A DNA stretch of 39,972 nucleotides from an uncultured bacterium (lineage in GTDB: Bacteria > Desulfobacterota > Desulfovibrionia > Desulfovibrionales > Desulfovibrionaceae). The first letter of the stretch is position 1, and each line of letters begins with the position of its first letter. Location: the NCBI GenBank assembly GCA_905215675.1, contig CAJMRA010000001.1:1-39972 (forward strand), written 5' to 3'. The translations under genes were made by a program, and so were the position numbers. Below are positions 1 to 9,245 of the stretch, in pieces. The notes under the pieces are model-generated. The model was given only the letters and a program-made list of their open reading frames with translations. It had not been told where the DNA came from and did not search any database.

Positions 1-29
1 GTTTCCTTCCCCCCAGAAGAACAATTTTG

Positions 30-1166
30 TTAGACCCTGCGGCGGAACATGGCGACGGCCACGAGGATGCAGACCAGCGCGATGAGGGCGATCTTGCCCA
101 GACTGAAGAAGGCCGCCGCCGGAGAGATATCCTTGAGAAACACGCCTTGCGCCAGCGTGGTGAAGTGGCGGACGGGATTCAGTTCGCTGGCATACTGGAG
201 GAAGGGCGGCATGTTGATGACGGGCGTCACGGCCCCGGAAACGAGAATGCAGGGCACGCCGACGGTAAAGGCCCCCAGAAAGGCCTGCTGCTGGGTGGCG
301 GCGAGGGACGAGACCATGAGACCCACGCCGCCGGAGGCCAGCGCGAAGATGAAGACGGCGGCATAGAGCAGGAGAACGGAGCCGGTGAAGGGGACGCCGA
401 AGGCAAAGACGGTGATCAGCAGAAAGATGGTGCCGTGAATCAGTCCGACGATGCAGCCGGGCAGGAGTTTGGCGAGGGCGATTTCCGTCGGGGTTGCCGG
501 GGAGACGAGCAGCTGATCGAAGGTGCCGACTTCTCGTTCCCGCGCGACGGAAAGTCCGGTGACGACCAGCCCGAGCATGAAACTCAGCATGCCGATAAGG
601 TTGGGAAGAAAGAACCACTGGAATTCCAGATTGGGATTGAACCAGCAGCGGATATGCAGCGTCACGTCGGGAACGCCGGTGTGCCGTTGCGCCGCCATGC
701 GCGTGCGCGGCAGGGTGGCGGCCACGTCCGCAAGCATGGTTTGCAGGTAGTAGGCCGCAATCTGGGAGGCATTGGCGCGGCGACCGTCCAGAATGACCTG
801 TACCGCGGCTTCCGTTCCGGCGGCGGCCCTGCGGGACAGGTCGTGCGGCAGCACAAGCGCGAAGAGCGCGCGTTCCTCGTCGATGGCGGGCGCAATATCC
901 GCTTCGGACGACAGGAAAAATACATGGCGGAACGTGGGGGAACCGTGCAGGCGATGCACGATTTCCGCGGCAAGGGAGCCGCCGTCATGGTTCAGGACGG
1001 CCACGTCCACGTTGCGGACTTCCAGCGTTGCGGCCCAGCCGAAAAGCACGATCTGCATCAGGGGCGGCACGATCAGCATGATACGGGAGACGCGATTGCT
1101 GCAAAGGACCAGCAGTTCCTTGCGGACGATGGTCAGCAGACGCCGCCGGTTGGGGAAGGGGATCAT
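30..1166 (-). CDS. ybhR: ABC-2 type transporter permease (YbhR-like), 378 aa
   Basis: Start re-assigned to MIPFPNRRR at 1166 (ATGA overlap with the upstream stop). Motifs IVRKELL, WFNPNL and SVAREREVGTFDQLLVSP; multiple TM segments. Confidence 0.85.
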   Translation of the reverse strand: MIPFPNRRRLLTIVRKELLVLCSNRVSRIMLIVPPLMQIVLFGWAATLEVRNVDVAVLNHDGGSLAAEIVHRLHGSPTFRHVFFLSSEADIAPAIDEERALFALVLPHDLSRRAAAGTEAAVQVILDGRRANASQIAAYYLQTMLADVAATLPRTRMAAQRHTGVPDVTLHIRCWFNPNLEFQWFFLPNLIGMLSFMLGLVVTGLSVAREREVGTFDQLLVSPATPTEIALAKLLPGCIVGLIHGTIFLLITVFAFGVPFTGSVLLLYAAVFIFALASGGVGLMVSSLAATQQQAFLGAFTVGVPCILVSGAVTPVINMPPFLQYASELNPVRHFTTLAQGVFLKDISPAAAFFSLGKIALIALVCILVAVAMFRRRV

Positions 1167-2290
1167 CGGTCCAGCCTCTTTTGCAGATTGTGATAGGTCA
1201 GGCCGAGGAAGACGGCCGCCAGCAGGGCCATGAAGCCGAGGGCATGCAGGAAGACCGGCCAGACATCCCCGGCCAGAAAGATGGTACGCATGCAGGTATT
1301 GAAGTAGCTTGCCGGGATGAGGCGCGTCACGGCCTGCAAGAGCGGCGGCATGCTGTTGATGTCGAAGACGAAGCCGGAGAGCAGCAGGGCGGGCAGAAAG
1401 CCGGAGAAAAGACCGGCTTCCGCCGCGACGAGCTGCGTTCGGAAGGTCGTGGAGATCAGCAGGCCCTGTCCCAGCGCGCAGCACATGAAGACGGACGACA
1501 GCAGCAGGAGAGCGGCGACGGAACCGCGAAAGGGCACGTCGAAGAGCAGCACCGCCGTCACGCTGCACAGGCCCATGCTGAAAATGCCCATGCAGAAATA
1601 GGGAATGAGCTTGCCCAGCAGGAGCTGGCAGCGGCTGACGGGCGTGGCGAACATGGCTTCCATGGTGCCGCGCTCCCATTCCCGGGCAAAGACCAGCGAG
1701 GTGAGCAGCGTGCCGATCAGGGTCATGATGACGGTGACGGCTCCCGGCACCAGAAAATGGACGCTGCGGGCGGTGGGATTGTACCAGATGCGCGGCTCCA
1801 GACGCAGCGCGGCCTCGGCCGGGCGTCCTCCGGGGAGAAAGGTTTCCTGCCAGCGCAGGACAACGCCCTGTCCGTAGCTCTGGATAAAGGTGGCGACATT
1901 GGGTTCCGTGCCGTCCACCACAAGAAGCGCTTCCGCCGCGTTGCCGCGTTGCAGCGCGGCGTCCATGTCCTGCCGCAGGACAAGAACGCCCTGAACGACG
2001 GAGTCGCGCATCAGGCGTTCGGCTTCGTCCATATCCCGCACGGGATGGGTCTGGAACCAGGGAGAATTGGCAAAGGCGGCCTCAAGGCTGCGGGACTGCA
2101 TGCCGCCGCTCTGATTGAGCACCGCCAGTTGCAGGATACCGGGATCAAGGCTGATGCCGAAACCGAAAATGAACAGGAAGAGCAGCGGCAGGACGCCGGC
2201 CACGAGATAGGAGGAGGGATCGCGGACGATCTGGCGAAATTCCTTGAGAATGAGCGCGCCGAGCCGACGCATCCACAGACCGCTGTTCAT
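1163..2290 (-). CDS. ybhS: ABC-2 type transporter permease (YbhS-like), 375 aa
   Basis: Start MNSGLWMRR at 2290 (ATGA overlap). Motifs KEFRQIVRDPSS, WYNP and AREWERGTMEAMFATPV. Confidence 0.85.
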   Translation of the reverse strand: MNSGLWMRRLGALILKEFRQIVRDPSSYLVAGVLPLLFLFIFGFGISLDPGILQLAVLNQSGGMQSRSLEAAFANSPWFQTHPVRDMDEAERLMRDSVVQGVLVLRQDMDAALQRGNAAEALLVVDGTEPNVATFIQSYGQGVVLRWQETFLPGGRPAEAALRLEPRIWYNPTARSVHFLVPGAVTVIMTLIGTLLTSLVFAREWERGTMEAMFATPVSRCQLLLGKLIPYFCMGIFSMGLCSVTAVLLFDVPFRGSVAALLLLSSVFMCCALGQGLLISTTFRTQLVAAEAGLFSGFLPALLLSGFVFDINSMPPLLQAVTRLIPASYFNTCMRTIFLAGDVWPVFLHALGFMALLAAVFLGLTYHNLQKRLDR

Positions 2291-4041
2291 GCCGGTTCTC
2301 CTGTTGCCCGCTGTTCCTCGATGCAGGCGATGAAGGCTTCTTCCAGCGTGGGATCGGCGCGGCCGGTCGTGCGGGCGCATTCTTCCTTGAGGGCGTCCGG
2401 GGTTCCCATGCGGATGACCGCGCCGTTGTTGATCAGGGCGAGGCGATCGCAGTATTCCGCTTCCTCCATGAAATGGGTCGTGACGAGGACCGCGGTTCCG
2501 GCGGCCGTCAGGGCCAGAATATGCTTCCAGAAATCGCGCCGGGTACGGGCGTCCACGCCGGAGGTCGGTTCGTCGAGAAAAAGGACCGGCGGTTCGTGCA
2601 GCGTGGCGCACAGCAGCGCCAGCCGCTGCTTCTGTCCGAGCGGCAGTTCCTCCGTCCTCTGGCGCAGGGCGTCCTGAAGGCCCAGCGCGGCGCACAGCTC
2701 GGGAATACGTTCGTCCTGCCGTTGCCGGGGCACGCCGTAGAGATCGGCGACGACGCGGATATTCTGCCGGACCGTCAGTTCGGGATACAGCGAAAACTTT
2801 TGCGCCATGTAGCCCAGGCGGGCGCGGGCGGCGCTGCCGGCCCGCAGCAGGTCCACGCCGTCCACGGCGCACCGGCCTGCGGTAGGCCGGGACAGTCCGC
2901 ACAGCATGCGGAAGGTGGTGGACTTGCCCGCCCCGTTGGGGCCCAGAAGACCGAAAATTTCGCCCGCATGGACGTTGAAGCTGATGTCGTCGGCGGCCGT
3001 GAAGGACCCGAAGCGTTTTGTCAGGCCGCGCGCGACAATGCGTTCCGTCTGTTCGGTCCGCGAGGTCCCGGCGTCAAGGCGGCCGAAGGGGGAAGGCGCG
3101 CGCAGCATGCCGCCCAGCGCGCTCATATAGGCGTCCTCAAGCCGGGGAGAGGCAGGCATGCCGTTGTCCAGAAGACGGGCGCGGGTCGTTTCCGGCGCGT
3201 TTTCGCTCAGGACAACCCGCAGCGAACCGCCCTGCACGACCACGTCGTCCACGCCGTCGCGCTGCATCCATTCCTGAAGGACGCGGCGGCGCTCGTTCCG
3301 GGCGGGCGAGAGAAGAAAGACCCTTCCCCGCGCCCGATCGGCCATGGCCTGCGGCGGACCGGCGTAAAGCAGGCGGCCTTCGTCCAGCATGAGGATTTCC
3401 GGGCAGCGGGCGGCTTCGTCAAGATAGGCCGTGGACCAGATGATGGTCATGCCGTTGCGGCTCAGTTCGCCGACCATTTCCCAGAGTTCGCGGCGCGAGA
3501 GCGGATCGACGCCCACGCCGGGTTCGTCGAGAAGCAGCAGACGGGGCGCGCCCAGCAGGGCGCAGGCAATGCCCAGTTTCTGCTTCATGCCGCCGGAAAG
3601 ACGGCCCGCAAGCCGTTCGGTAAAGGGAGCCAGCGAGGTAAAGGACAGCAGACGGGCGAAGACGGCGGCGCGTTCCTCGCCTTCCACGCCGCGCAGGCGG
3701 GCATGGAGTTCCAGATTGGCCCGGACGGTCAGGTCCTCGTACAGACCGAAGCGCTGGGGCATGTAGCCGATGCTGTTGGGAGAGGCGGCGAGCAGGGCCG
3801 ACGCCTCCATGCCGAAAATGCGGACGTCGCCGCCGGAAGGGCGCATGAGGCCCGCCACAAGGCGGAGCAGCGTCGTCTTGCCCGCGGCGTCGGGACCCAC
3901 AAGGCCGGTAATGCGTCCCGGAGTTATGCGGGCGTCAATGCCGCGCAGGGCCTCCCGCGCGCCGAAGCGCATGCGCAGGCCGCGCAGGACGACGGCGGCG
4001 TCGGCCTCGCCGCGCGCATCCGGGGCGGGGCGCGTCGTCAT
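2287..4041 (-). CDS. ybhF: ABC transporter ATP-binding protein with two NBDs (YbhF-like), 584 aa
   Basis: Walker A motifs GPDAAGKT and GPNGAGKS; signatures LSGGMKQK and LPLGQKQR; two LDEP Walker B motifs. Start MTTRP at 4041 (ATGA overlap). Confidence 0.9.
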   Translation of the reverse strand: MTTRPAPDARGEADAAVVLRGLRMRFGAREALRGIDARITPGRITGLVGPDAAGKTTLLRLVAGLMRPSGGDVRIFGMEASALLAASPNSIGYMPQRFGLYEDLTVRANLELHARLRGVEGEERAAVFARLLSFTSLAPFTERLAGRLSGGMKQKLGIACALLGAPRLLLLDEPGVGVDPLSRRELWEMVGELSRNGMTIIWSTAYLDEAARCPEILMLDEGRLLYAGPPQAMADRARGRVFLLSPARNERRRVLQEWMQRDGVDDVVVQGGSLRVVLSENAPETTRARLLDNGMPASPRLEDAYMSALGGMLRAPSPFGRLDAGTSRTEQTERIVARGLTKRFGSFTAADDISFNVHAGEIFGLLGPNGAGKSTTFRMLCGLSRPTAGRCAVDGVDLLRAGSAARARLGYMAQKFSLYPELTVRQNIRVVADLYGVPRQRQDERIPELCAALGLQDALRQRTEELPLGQKQRLALLCATLHEPPVLFLDEPTSGVDARTRRDFWKHILALTAAGTAVLVTTHFMEEAEYCDRLALINNGAVIRMGTPDALKEECARTTGRADPTLEEAFIACIEEQRATGEPA

Positions 4042-5045
4042 GAGGGGGTGCCCTCCGCCTCCGGCAGAAAGACGCGCACGGGCATGCCCTGCCGCATGAT
4101 GTTGTCGGGGTCCTCCACCTGAACCCGGATGCGGTATACCAGCGAGGTGCGCACCTCGTACGTTTCCACATTCTTGGGCGTGAATTCCGCGGCGGGCGCC
4201 ACGTAGCCCACATGCCCGGCAAAGCGGCGTCCGGGGGCGGCGTCCGTTTCGGCTTCCACGCGCATGCCGGGGCGGATGCGTCCCAGACGGGGTTCGTCCA
4301 CATAGACGCGCAGCCACACGGGATTGACGAGACTCAGCGTATAGACCGTCTGTCCCGCGTCCACGATGGCCCCCGCCTCGCGCGCCCGCGTCAGCACGAC
4401 GCCGTCCTGCGGAGCCTTCAGTTCGGCGTCCTGCACATGGATGACCGCCTGTTGCAGGCTTGCCCGCGTCGCGGCCACGACGGCGCGCTGCGCCAGTATT
4501 TCCTCCTCGCGGTAACCGGCGCTGACCAGCGCGAGCTGTTCCCGGGCGGCTTTCTGCTTGGCGGCCGCGTTGCGGTAGGTACCGCGGGCGTTGTCCAGCT
4601 CCTTCTGGGAAACGGCATTGCCCGAGCGCATGGCTTCCACGCGGTGCAGATTGATGCGGGCGTTTTCGGCAAGGGCCGCGGCGGCGGCCTCATCGGCCCG
4701 GGCACCGGCTATTTCCTCGCTGCGGTAGCCGCTTTCCAGCCGTTGCAGGGTCGCTTCCTGCTGCGCCAGCTGGGCGCGGGTACGGGCCTCCTCGGCTTCC
4801 AGAAGATCCGTCTCCAGACGCGCCAGCGTCTGGCCCTTGCGCACGCTTTCCCCCTCTTCGACCAGAACGGCGGCAATACGGCCGCCGACACGGAAGCCCA
4901 CGTCCACCTGACGTATTTCCACATTGCCGTGGAGGACGTTTTCTCCGGCGTCATCGGCGCGGCGCGTCCAGAAAAAGACCGCAAGAAGAATGATGGCGAT
5001 GACGGCGCCCAGGGCCGCCGTGGAAGGGTGCAGGGCATGGGGCAT
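4038..5045 (-). CDS. ybhG: HlyD-family membrane fusion protein (YbhG-like), 335 aa
   Basis: N-terminal TM anchor, GNVEIRQVDVGFRVGGRI, coiled coil, AEFTPKNVET; GGAGG RBS before the ATG at 5045. Confidence 0.85.
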   Translation of the reverse strand: MPHALHPSTAALGAVIAIILLAVFFWTRRADDAGENVLHGNVEIRQVDVGFRVGGRIAAVLVEEGESVRKGQTLARLETDLLEAEEARTRAQLAQQEATLQRLESGYRSEEIAGARADEAAAAALAENARINLHRVEAMRSGNAVSQKELDNARGTYRNAAAKQKAAREQLALVSAGYREEEILAQRAVVAATRASLQQAVIHVQDAELKAPQDGVVLTRAREAGAIVDAGQTVYTLSLVNPVWLRVYVDEPRLGRIRPGMRVEAETDAAPGRRFAGHVGYVAPAAEFTPKNVETYEVRTSLVYRIRVQVEDPDNIMRQGMPVRVFLPEAEGTPS

Positions 5046-5228
5046 GGCGTCCTCCGGGAAAAGGTCCGGGCTGTCGGGGAAATTGCGCCGCCTGACGGTC
5101 GGCTGTCTCCATGATAGACCGGAGCGCGCGGGGAGGCAATGGGCTGTTTTTGAAAGGGAAGCCCGCAAGCGCCGCTATTTATTTTGAAAAGTGATGCGCG
5201 TAGCATACCCGGCAAGGAGGATGGTCCC

Positions 5229-5642
5229 ATGTGGAAATGGTATGCGTTGCTGTCGGCGATTTTTGCCGCCCTGACGGCGATTTTTTCCAAGCTGGGTGTG
5301 CGGAATGTGAATCCTGATCTTGCGACGGCCCTGCGGGTCAGCGTGATTCTTGTCATGACGTGGGGCATTGCCCTGTGCGGCGGCGGGCTGCGCCATCTCA
5401 AGGAGGTTGACGGCCGTTCCCTGCTGTTCCTGATTCTGTCGGCGCTGGCCACGGGCGCGTCGTGGCTGTTCTATTTCCGGGCCCTGCAATGCGGCGACGC
5501 CTCCAAGGTCGCGCCCATAGACAAGCTCAGCGTCGCCATCACCATCTTTCTTTCCATTGTGCTGCTGGGCGAACCGGCGGAACTCAAGACCATTCTGGGC
5601 GGTCTGCTGATTACCTGTGGATCGCTGGTGCTGCTCTTGTAG
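5229..5642 (+). CDS. EamA/DMT family single-domain transporter, 137 aa
   Basis: AAGGAGG RBS, then MWKWYALLSAIFAALTAIFSKLG; ASWLFYFRALQ and SKVAPIDKLSV motifs. Confidence 0.85.
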   Translation: MWKWYALLSAIFAALTAIFSKLGVRNVNPDLATALRVSVILVMTWGIALCGGGLRHLKEVDGRSLLFLILSALATGASWLFYFRALQCGDASKVAPIDKLSVAITIFLSIVLLGEPAELKTILGGLLITCGSLVLLL

Positions 5643-5824
5643 GGGAGAAAGCCCGTCCATATCTTCCACATGCAGGTTGACGCCCGCGCCTTCCTTTGCC
5701 AGTCTGGAAGACACGGGAGAGGCTGCGGCCTCTGCCTGCATGGGCGGCTCCGAAACCCCAGCATTTGAGTCTGCTGGTAACGATGACGAGCCGCCCTTTT
5801 TTGTTCTCCAGCCCTCGACAGCGG
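5643..5824. repeat. 182-bp direct repeat, copy 1 (partner 39651-39832)
   Basis: Gapless manual alignment, about 149/182 identical, with a perfect 42-bp block (5647-5688) and a perfect 24-bp block. Begins immediately after the EamA stop codon. Confidence 0.9.
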
Positions 5825-5901
5825 TTTTTCCGCTCACTTTGGGCCGGGCGGCGCTGTGCCGCCGCTTCGCGTTTTACCTTTTTCAAAGCTAAAACGCTCC
5901 A
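5821..5901 (-). mobile_element. Truncated copy of a MITE/REP-like palindromic element
   Basis: Minus strand reads TGGAGCGTTTTAGCTTTGAAAAAGGTAAAACGCGAAGCGGCGGCACAGCGCCGCCCGGCCCAAAGTGAGCGGAAAAACCGC, matching the copies at 12404 and 39844. Confidence 0.7.
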
Positions 5902-6039
5902 GGGGGAAAGCCCGCGCACGGGGCGCACGACGCGGTTTTTCGCTGGAGCGGAACCGTGAAAAGGCGTAGGATATTTTTGCAGGGATGAACGGACGGAGCC
6001 AGCCGCGAACACTGAACGTAAAAATCACAAGGATGTCCC

Positions 6040-7440
6040 ATGCAGGAAGAACTGCGCTGTTTCAAGGCCTATGATATCCGGGGGCGGTTTCCCTACCCCC
6101 TGTCCCGCGAACTGGCGTTTGCGCTGGGCAGGGCCGTTGCGAGTGAATTGCAGGCGCGTCGCGTGGTTGTGGGACATGACGTGCGCCTGTCCGGTCCCGA
6201 GCTGGCGGCCGCGCTGTATGCCGGTCTTGCGGAAGAGGGCGTTTCCGTCGCGTCCATCGGTCTCTGCGGCACCGAGGAAATCTATTATGCCGCCGCTCAC
6301 GGCAATTTTGATGTCGGCATCATGATTACCGGCAGTCACAATCCGGCGGATGAAAACGGTTTCAAGCTGGTGCGCCGCGGCGCCGTTCCCGTCAGCGGTG
6401 ATTCCGGCCTGAACGCGCTGCGGGATCGCGCGGCCATGTGGGCGGGCATGTCGGCGCTGCCGGAACCGGAACGCGTTCCCGAGCCGGAGCGGGTCTCCTT
6501 TCGCGAGGAGTATATCCGTCGGCTGCTGGCATATGCTGCGCCGGAAGCGCGCCGCGCCTCCGGCAGAAAGTCCCTGCGCATTGTTGCGGACGCTGGCAAC
6601 GGTTGTGCCGGACCGGTGGCGCGTGCGCTGGCCGCGTCCCTGCCGTTCGACATGATATTCCTGCATGAGGAACCGGACGGCGCTTTCCCCAACGGCGTCC
6701 CGAATCCCCTGCTGCCGGAACGGCGCAGCGCGACGGCGGAAGCCGTCCGCCGTGCCGACGCCGATCTGGGCGTCGCGTGGGACGGCGATTTCGATCGCTG
6801 CTTTTTCTATGACGGCGAGGGGAATTTCATCGAAGGCTATTACTGCGTGGGGCTGCTGGCCGGGGAAATCCTGCGCCATGCCCCCGGCGGCAACATCGTG
6901 CATGACACGCGCGTTTACTGGAATACGCGCGAGATTGTACGGGCGGCGGGCGGCGTGCCGATCATGGGCAAGACCGGCCATGCCTTCATGAAGGAACGCA
7001 TGCGGGCGGAAGACGCGGTCTATGGCGGAGAAATGAGCGCCCACCATTATTTCCGCGAGTTCGCCTATTGCGATTCCGGCATGCTGCCGTGGCTGCTTGT
7101 GGCGAACATCCTGCTTCGTACCGGAAGACCCCTGAGCGATCTGGTGCGCGAGCGCATGGCGGCCTATCCCTGCAGCGGAGAGATCAACCGGCGTGTGGAG
7201 AACGCTCCGGAGCTTATGGAGCTTGTACGGCGGCGGTATGCCGGATCGGCGACGTACGAGGACGCGCTGGACGGCGTCAATCTCGAATTTCCCGAATGGC
7301 GCTTCAATCTGCGCATGTCCAATACGGAACCGCTGCTGCGGCTCAATGTCGAAACGCGGGGCGACAGGGCCCTGCTTGAGGACAGGACGGGAGAACTCCT
7401 GCGCTTTCTTGAGGAGCGGGGCGGGGCCGTGCCCGCTTAG
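6040..7440 (+). CDS. manB: Phosphomannomutase (ManB/CpsG), 466 aa
   Basis: FKAYDIRG, phosphoserine motif TGSHNP, metal loop DGDFDR, GEMSAHHYF, RMSNTEP. Confidence 0.95.
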   Translation: MQEELRCFKAYDIRGRFPYPLSRELAFALGRAVASELQARRVVVGHDVRLSGPELAAALYAGLAEEGVSVASIGLCGTEEIYYAAAHGNFDVGIMITGSHNPADENGFKLVRRGAVPVSGDSGLNALRDRAAMWAGMSALPEPERVPEPERVSFREEYIRRLLAYAAPEARRASGRKSLRIVADAGNGCAGPVARALAASLPFDMIFLHEEPDGAFPNGVPNPLLPERRSATAEAVRRADADLGVAWDGDFDRCFFYDGEGNFIEGYYCVGLLAGEILRHAPGGNIVHDTRVYWNTREIVRAAGGVPIMGKTGHAFMKERMRAEDAVYGGEMSAHHYFREFAYCDSGMLPWLLVANILLRTGRPLSDLVRERMAAYPCSGEINRRVENAPELMELVRRRYAGSATYEDALDGVNLEFPEWRFNLRMSNTEPLLRLNVETRGDRALLEDRTGELLRFLEERGGAVPA

Positions 7441-7484
7441 AGCAATTTTAGAGCGTTTCACCTTTTTCAAAGGTGAAACGCTCT
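7438..7484. terminator. Perfect hairpin from the same repeat family; likely bidirectional terminator/stabiliser
   Basis: 16-bp arms AGAGCGTTTCACCTTT (7450-7465) and AAAGGTGAAACGCTCT (7469-7484) with a 3-nt loop, between convergent manB and GT4. Preceded by TAGAGC, which contains the manB stop. Confidence 0.7.
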
Positions 7485-7578
7485 CGAGAAAGAGCTGTAA
7501 AGTTTGTGTCGCATACGCCCCGGCGGGCATGCGGTGCTGACGGCCGTTCCGGGAACGGCGCGCGTTACCGGGGGGCCG

Positions 7579-8733
7579 TCAGTCCGTCCGGGGAGGCGCG
7601 ACGCCATCCAGCGTCTCCAGAATGACGTCGAGCATGGCCCGGCGGAACGCCCGGTGCGAAAAGGTCGCCGCATGCGCGCGCAGCGTTTCCGCCGACCAGT
7701 GATCGCCTTCGCTCTCAAAGGCTTTGAGGGCGTCGAGCAGGGCGCGCGGGCTTTGCCCGGTAAAGAAGCGCCCTGTTTTCCCGTCAATGACGGTATCGAG
7801 AGCGCCGCCCGCCCGGAAGGCGACGACGGGCCGTCCCGCGGCCATGGCTTCGACGGGCGTAATGCCGAAGTCCTCCTGTCCGGGGAGCAGAAATGCCTTG
7901 CAGCCGGCGAGCAGGGGCGGCACAAGCGCGTCGTCCACCCGGCCCAGAAAACGGATCGTCGGTCCGGCAAGCCGTTGCAGGCGCGCCTTTTCCGGGCCGT
8001 CTCCCGCTATGACGAGAGGGAGCCCCCCGGCGTTGCAGGCTTCCACGGCCAGATCGATTCTTTTGTAACAGACCAGTTCCCCCAGACAGAGATAATAGGA
8101 CCGCGCCGTCATGCCGTGAGGCAGCAGCGTCATGTCCGGACGGGCGAAGCGTTCCACATCGACGGGCGGGTGGATCACGACGGAGTCCCGCCCCCACCAG
8201 CGCCGGATTCTCCGTTGTACGGCGCTGGAATTGGCAACAATGGCGTCGACGCGCTGGGCCGAAATGTAATCCCATTGACGCAGACGGGGAAAAAGCAGGC
8301 GCATGCCCAGGCGGGTGACGATATCCGCCGAGGCGAGATAATCGGGATAGGCGTCCCAGAGGTAGCGCATGGGGGAATGGCAATAGCAGATGTGCGGCGT
8401 TTCCGCCCGGGTGACGACGCCCTTTGCCGGGCCGGATTCGCTGGACAGCACGAGATCGTAGGCGCGCAGATCCAGTTGTTCGAGCGCCAGCGGCATCAGC
8501 GGCAGATAGCGCTGGTAATGCCGCACGCTGCCGGGGAGCTTCTGGATGAACGTCGTATGGATGGCGTGGGAGCGCAGGGCGGGCGAGAGTTCCCCGGGGG
8601 AAACCACGTGCGTGAAGATGTCGGCCTGCGGAAAGATGTCGCACAGGGCTTCCAGAACTTTTTCGCCGCCGCGCATGGTCGTCAGCCAGTAATGGACGAT
8701 GGCGACGCGAAGATCGGACAGGGTGGAATGCAT
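7579..8733 (-). CDS. GT4 glycosyltransferase (WbaZ-like, probable mannosyltransferase), 384 aa
   Basis: VAIVHYWLTTMRGGEKVL, HICYCHSPMRYLWD, EDFGITPVEAMAAG (EX7E). Start re-assigned to 8733. Confidence 0.85.
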   Translation of the reverse strand: MHSTLSDLRVAIVHYWLTTMRGGEKVLEALCDIFPQADIFTHVVSPGELSPALRSHAIHTTFIQKLPGSVRHYQRYLPLMPLALEQLDLRAYDLVLSSESGPAKGVVTRAETPHICYCHSPMRYLWDAYPDYLASADIVTRLGMRLLFPRLRQWDYISAQRVDAIVANSSAVQRRIRRWWGRDSVVIHPPVDVERFARPDMTLLPHGMTARSYYLCLGELVCYKRIDLAVEACNAGGLPLVIAGDGPEKARLQRLAGPTIRFLGRVDDALVPPLLAGCKAFLLPGQEDFGITPVEAMAAGRPVVAFRAGGALDTVIDGKTGRFFTGQSPRALLDALKAFESEGDHWSAETLRAHAATFSHRAFRRAMLDVILETLDGVAPPRTD

Positions 8734-8909
8734 GGATGTCTGGGGGCTGGATGGTGAGCGCCGCGTCCGGTACGCCGCCGGGCGAACGCGGCGCGGGAAA
8801 AACGTCTCTTCCGGCGCTTCTCCGGCGTTTTCGGCCGGGGGGAAGGAAACCTGTCGCGACGTTCCCGGAGCATGGAGAGCGCCGTTGACAACAGGGATCG
8901 GCCTTTGCG

Positions 8910-9245
8910 TCACTGTCGTGCGTCGCGGCTCCGGCGAGCTCGTCGCTCACGGAGTCCGGTCAGAAAGCGCTGGAGAGGAAGCGGCGCATTCAGGCGTTCC
9001 GGACTGAGCAGAAGAGACAGCAGAACGCGCAGCCGTCCGGGAAGACTGGCGGCGCGGGCCTCATAGGCGCGCAGACCGGCCGGGTCCGCCTCACGGCCGA
9101 GCAGGGTCCGATAGGCAGCCAGAAGAAAGTCGATACCGTCAAGGCGCAGCAGTTCCAGCAGCGCGCGCGGGCTTGCGGGCGCGACGCGTTCCCCGGCTTC
9201 GCGCCGCACGCTTGCCATGAAGGCGCGGCAGTCAAATTTTTCCAT
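8910..9245 (-). CDS. Small DUF4214-like protein, 111 aa
   Basis: DFLLAAYRTLLGREADPAGLRAY motif; start overlaps the wzt 3' end. Confidence 0.7.
   Translation of the reverse strand: MEKFDCRAFMASVRREAGERVAPASPRALLELLRLDGIDFLLAAYRTLLGREADPAGLRAYEARAASLPGRLRVLLSLLLSPERLNAPLPLQRFLTGLRERRARRSRDARQ

Noticed and set aside
30..5045. ybhGFSR as the secretion system for the surface protein
   Set aside because: It is an ABC-2 type efflux system, not a PrtD/HlyB-type protein exporter, and it lies outside the direct repeats.
5175..5837. 220-aa minus-strand ORF
   Set aside because: A chimera of the repeat fragment and the antisense of EamA; only the repeat portion looks coding-derived.
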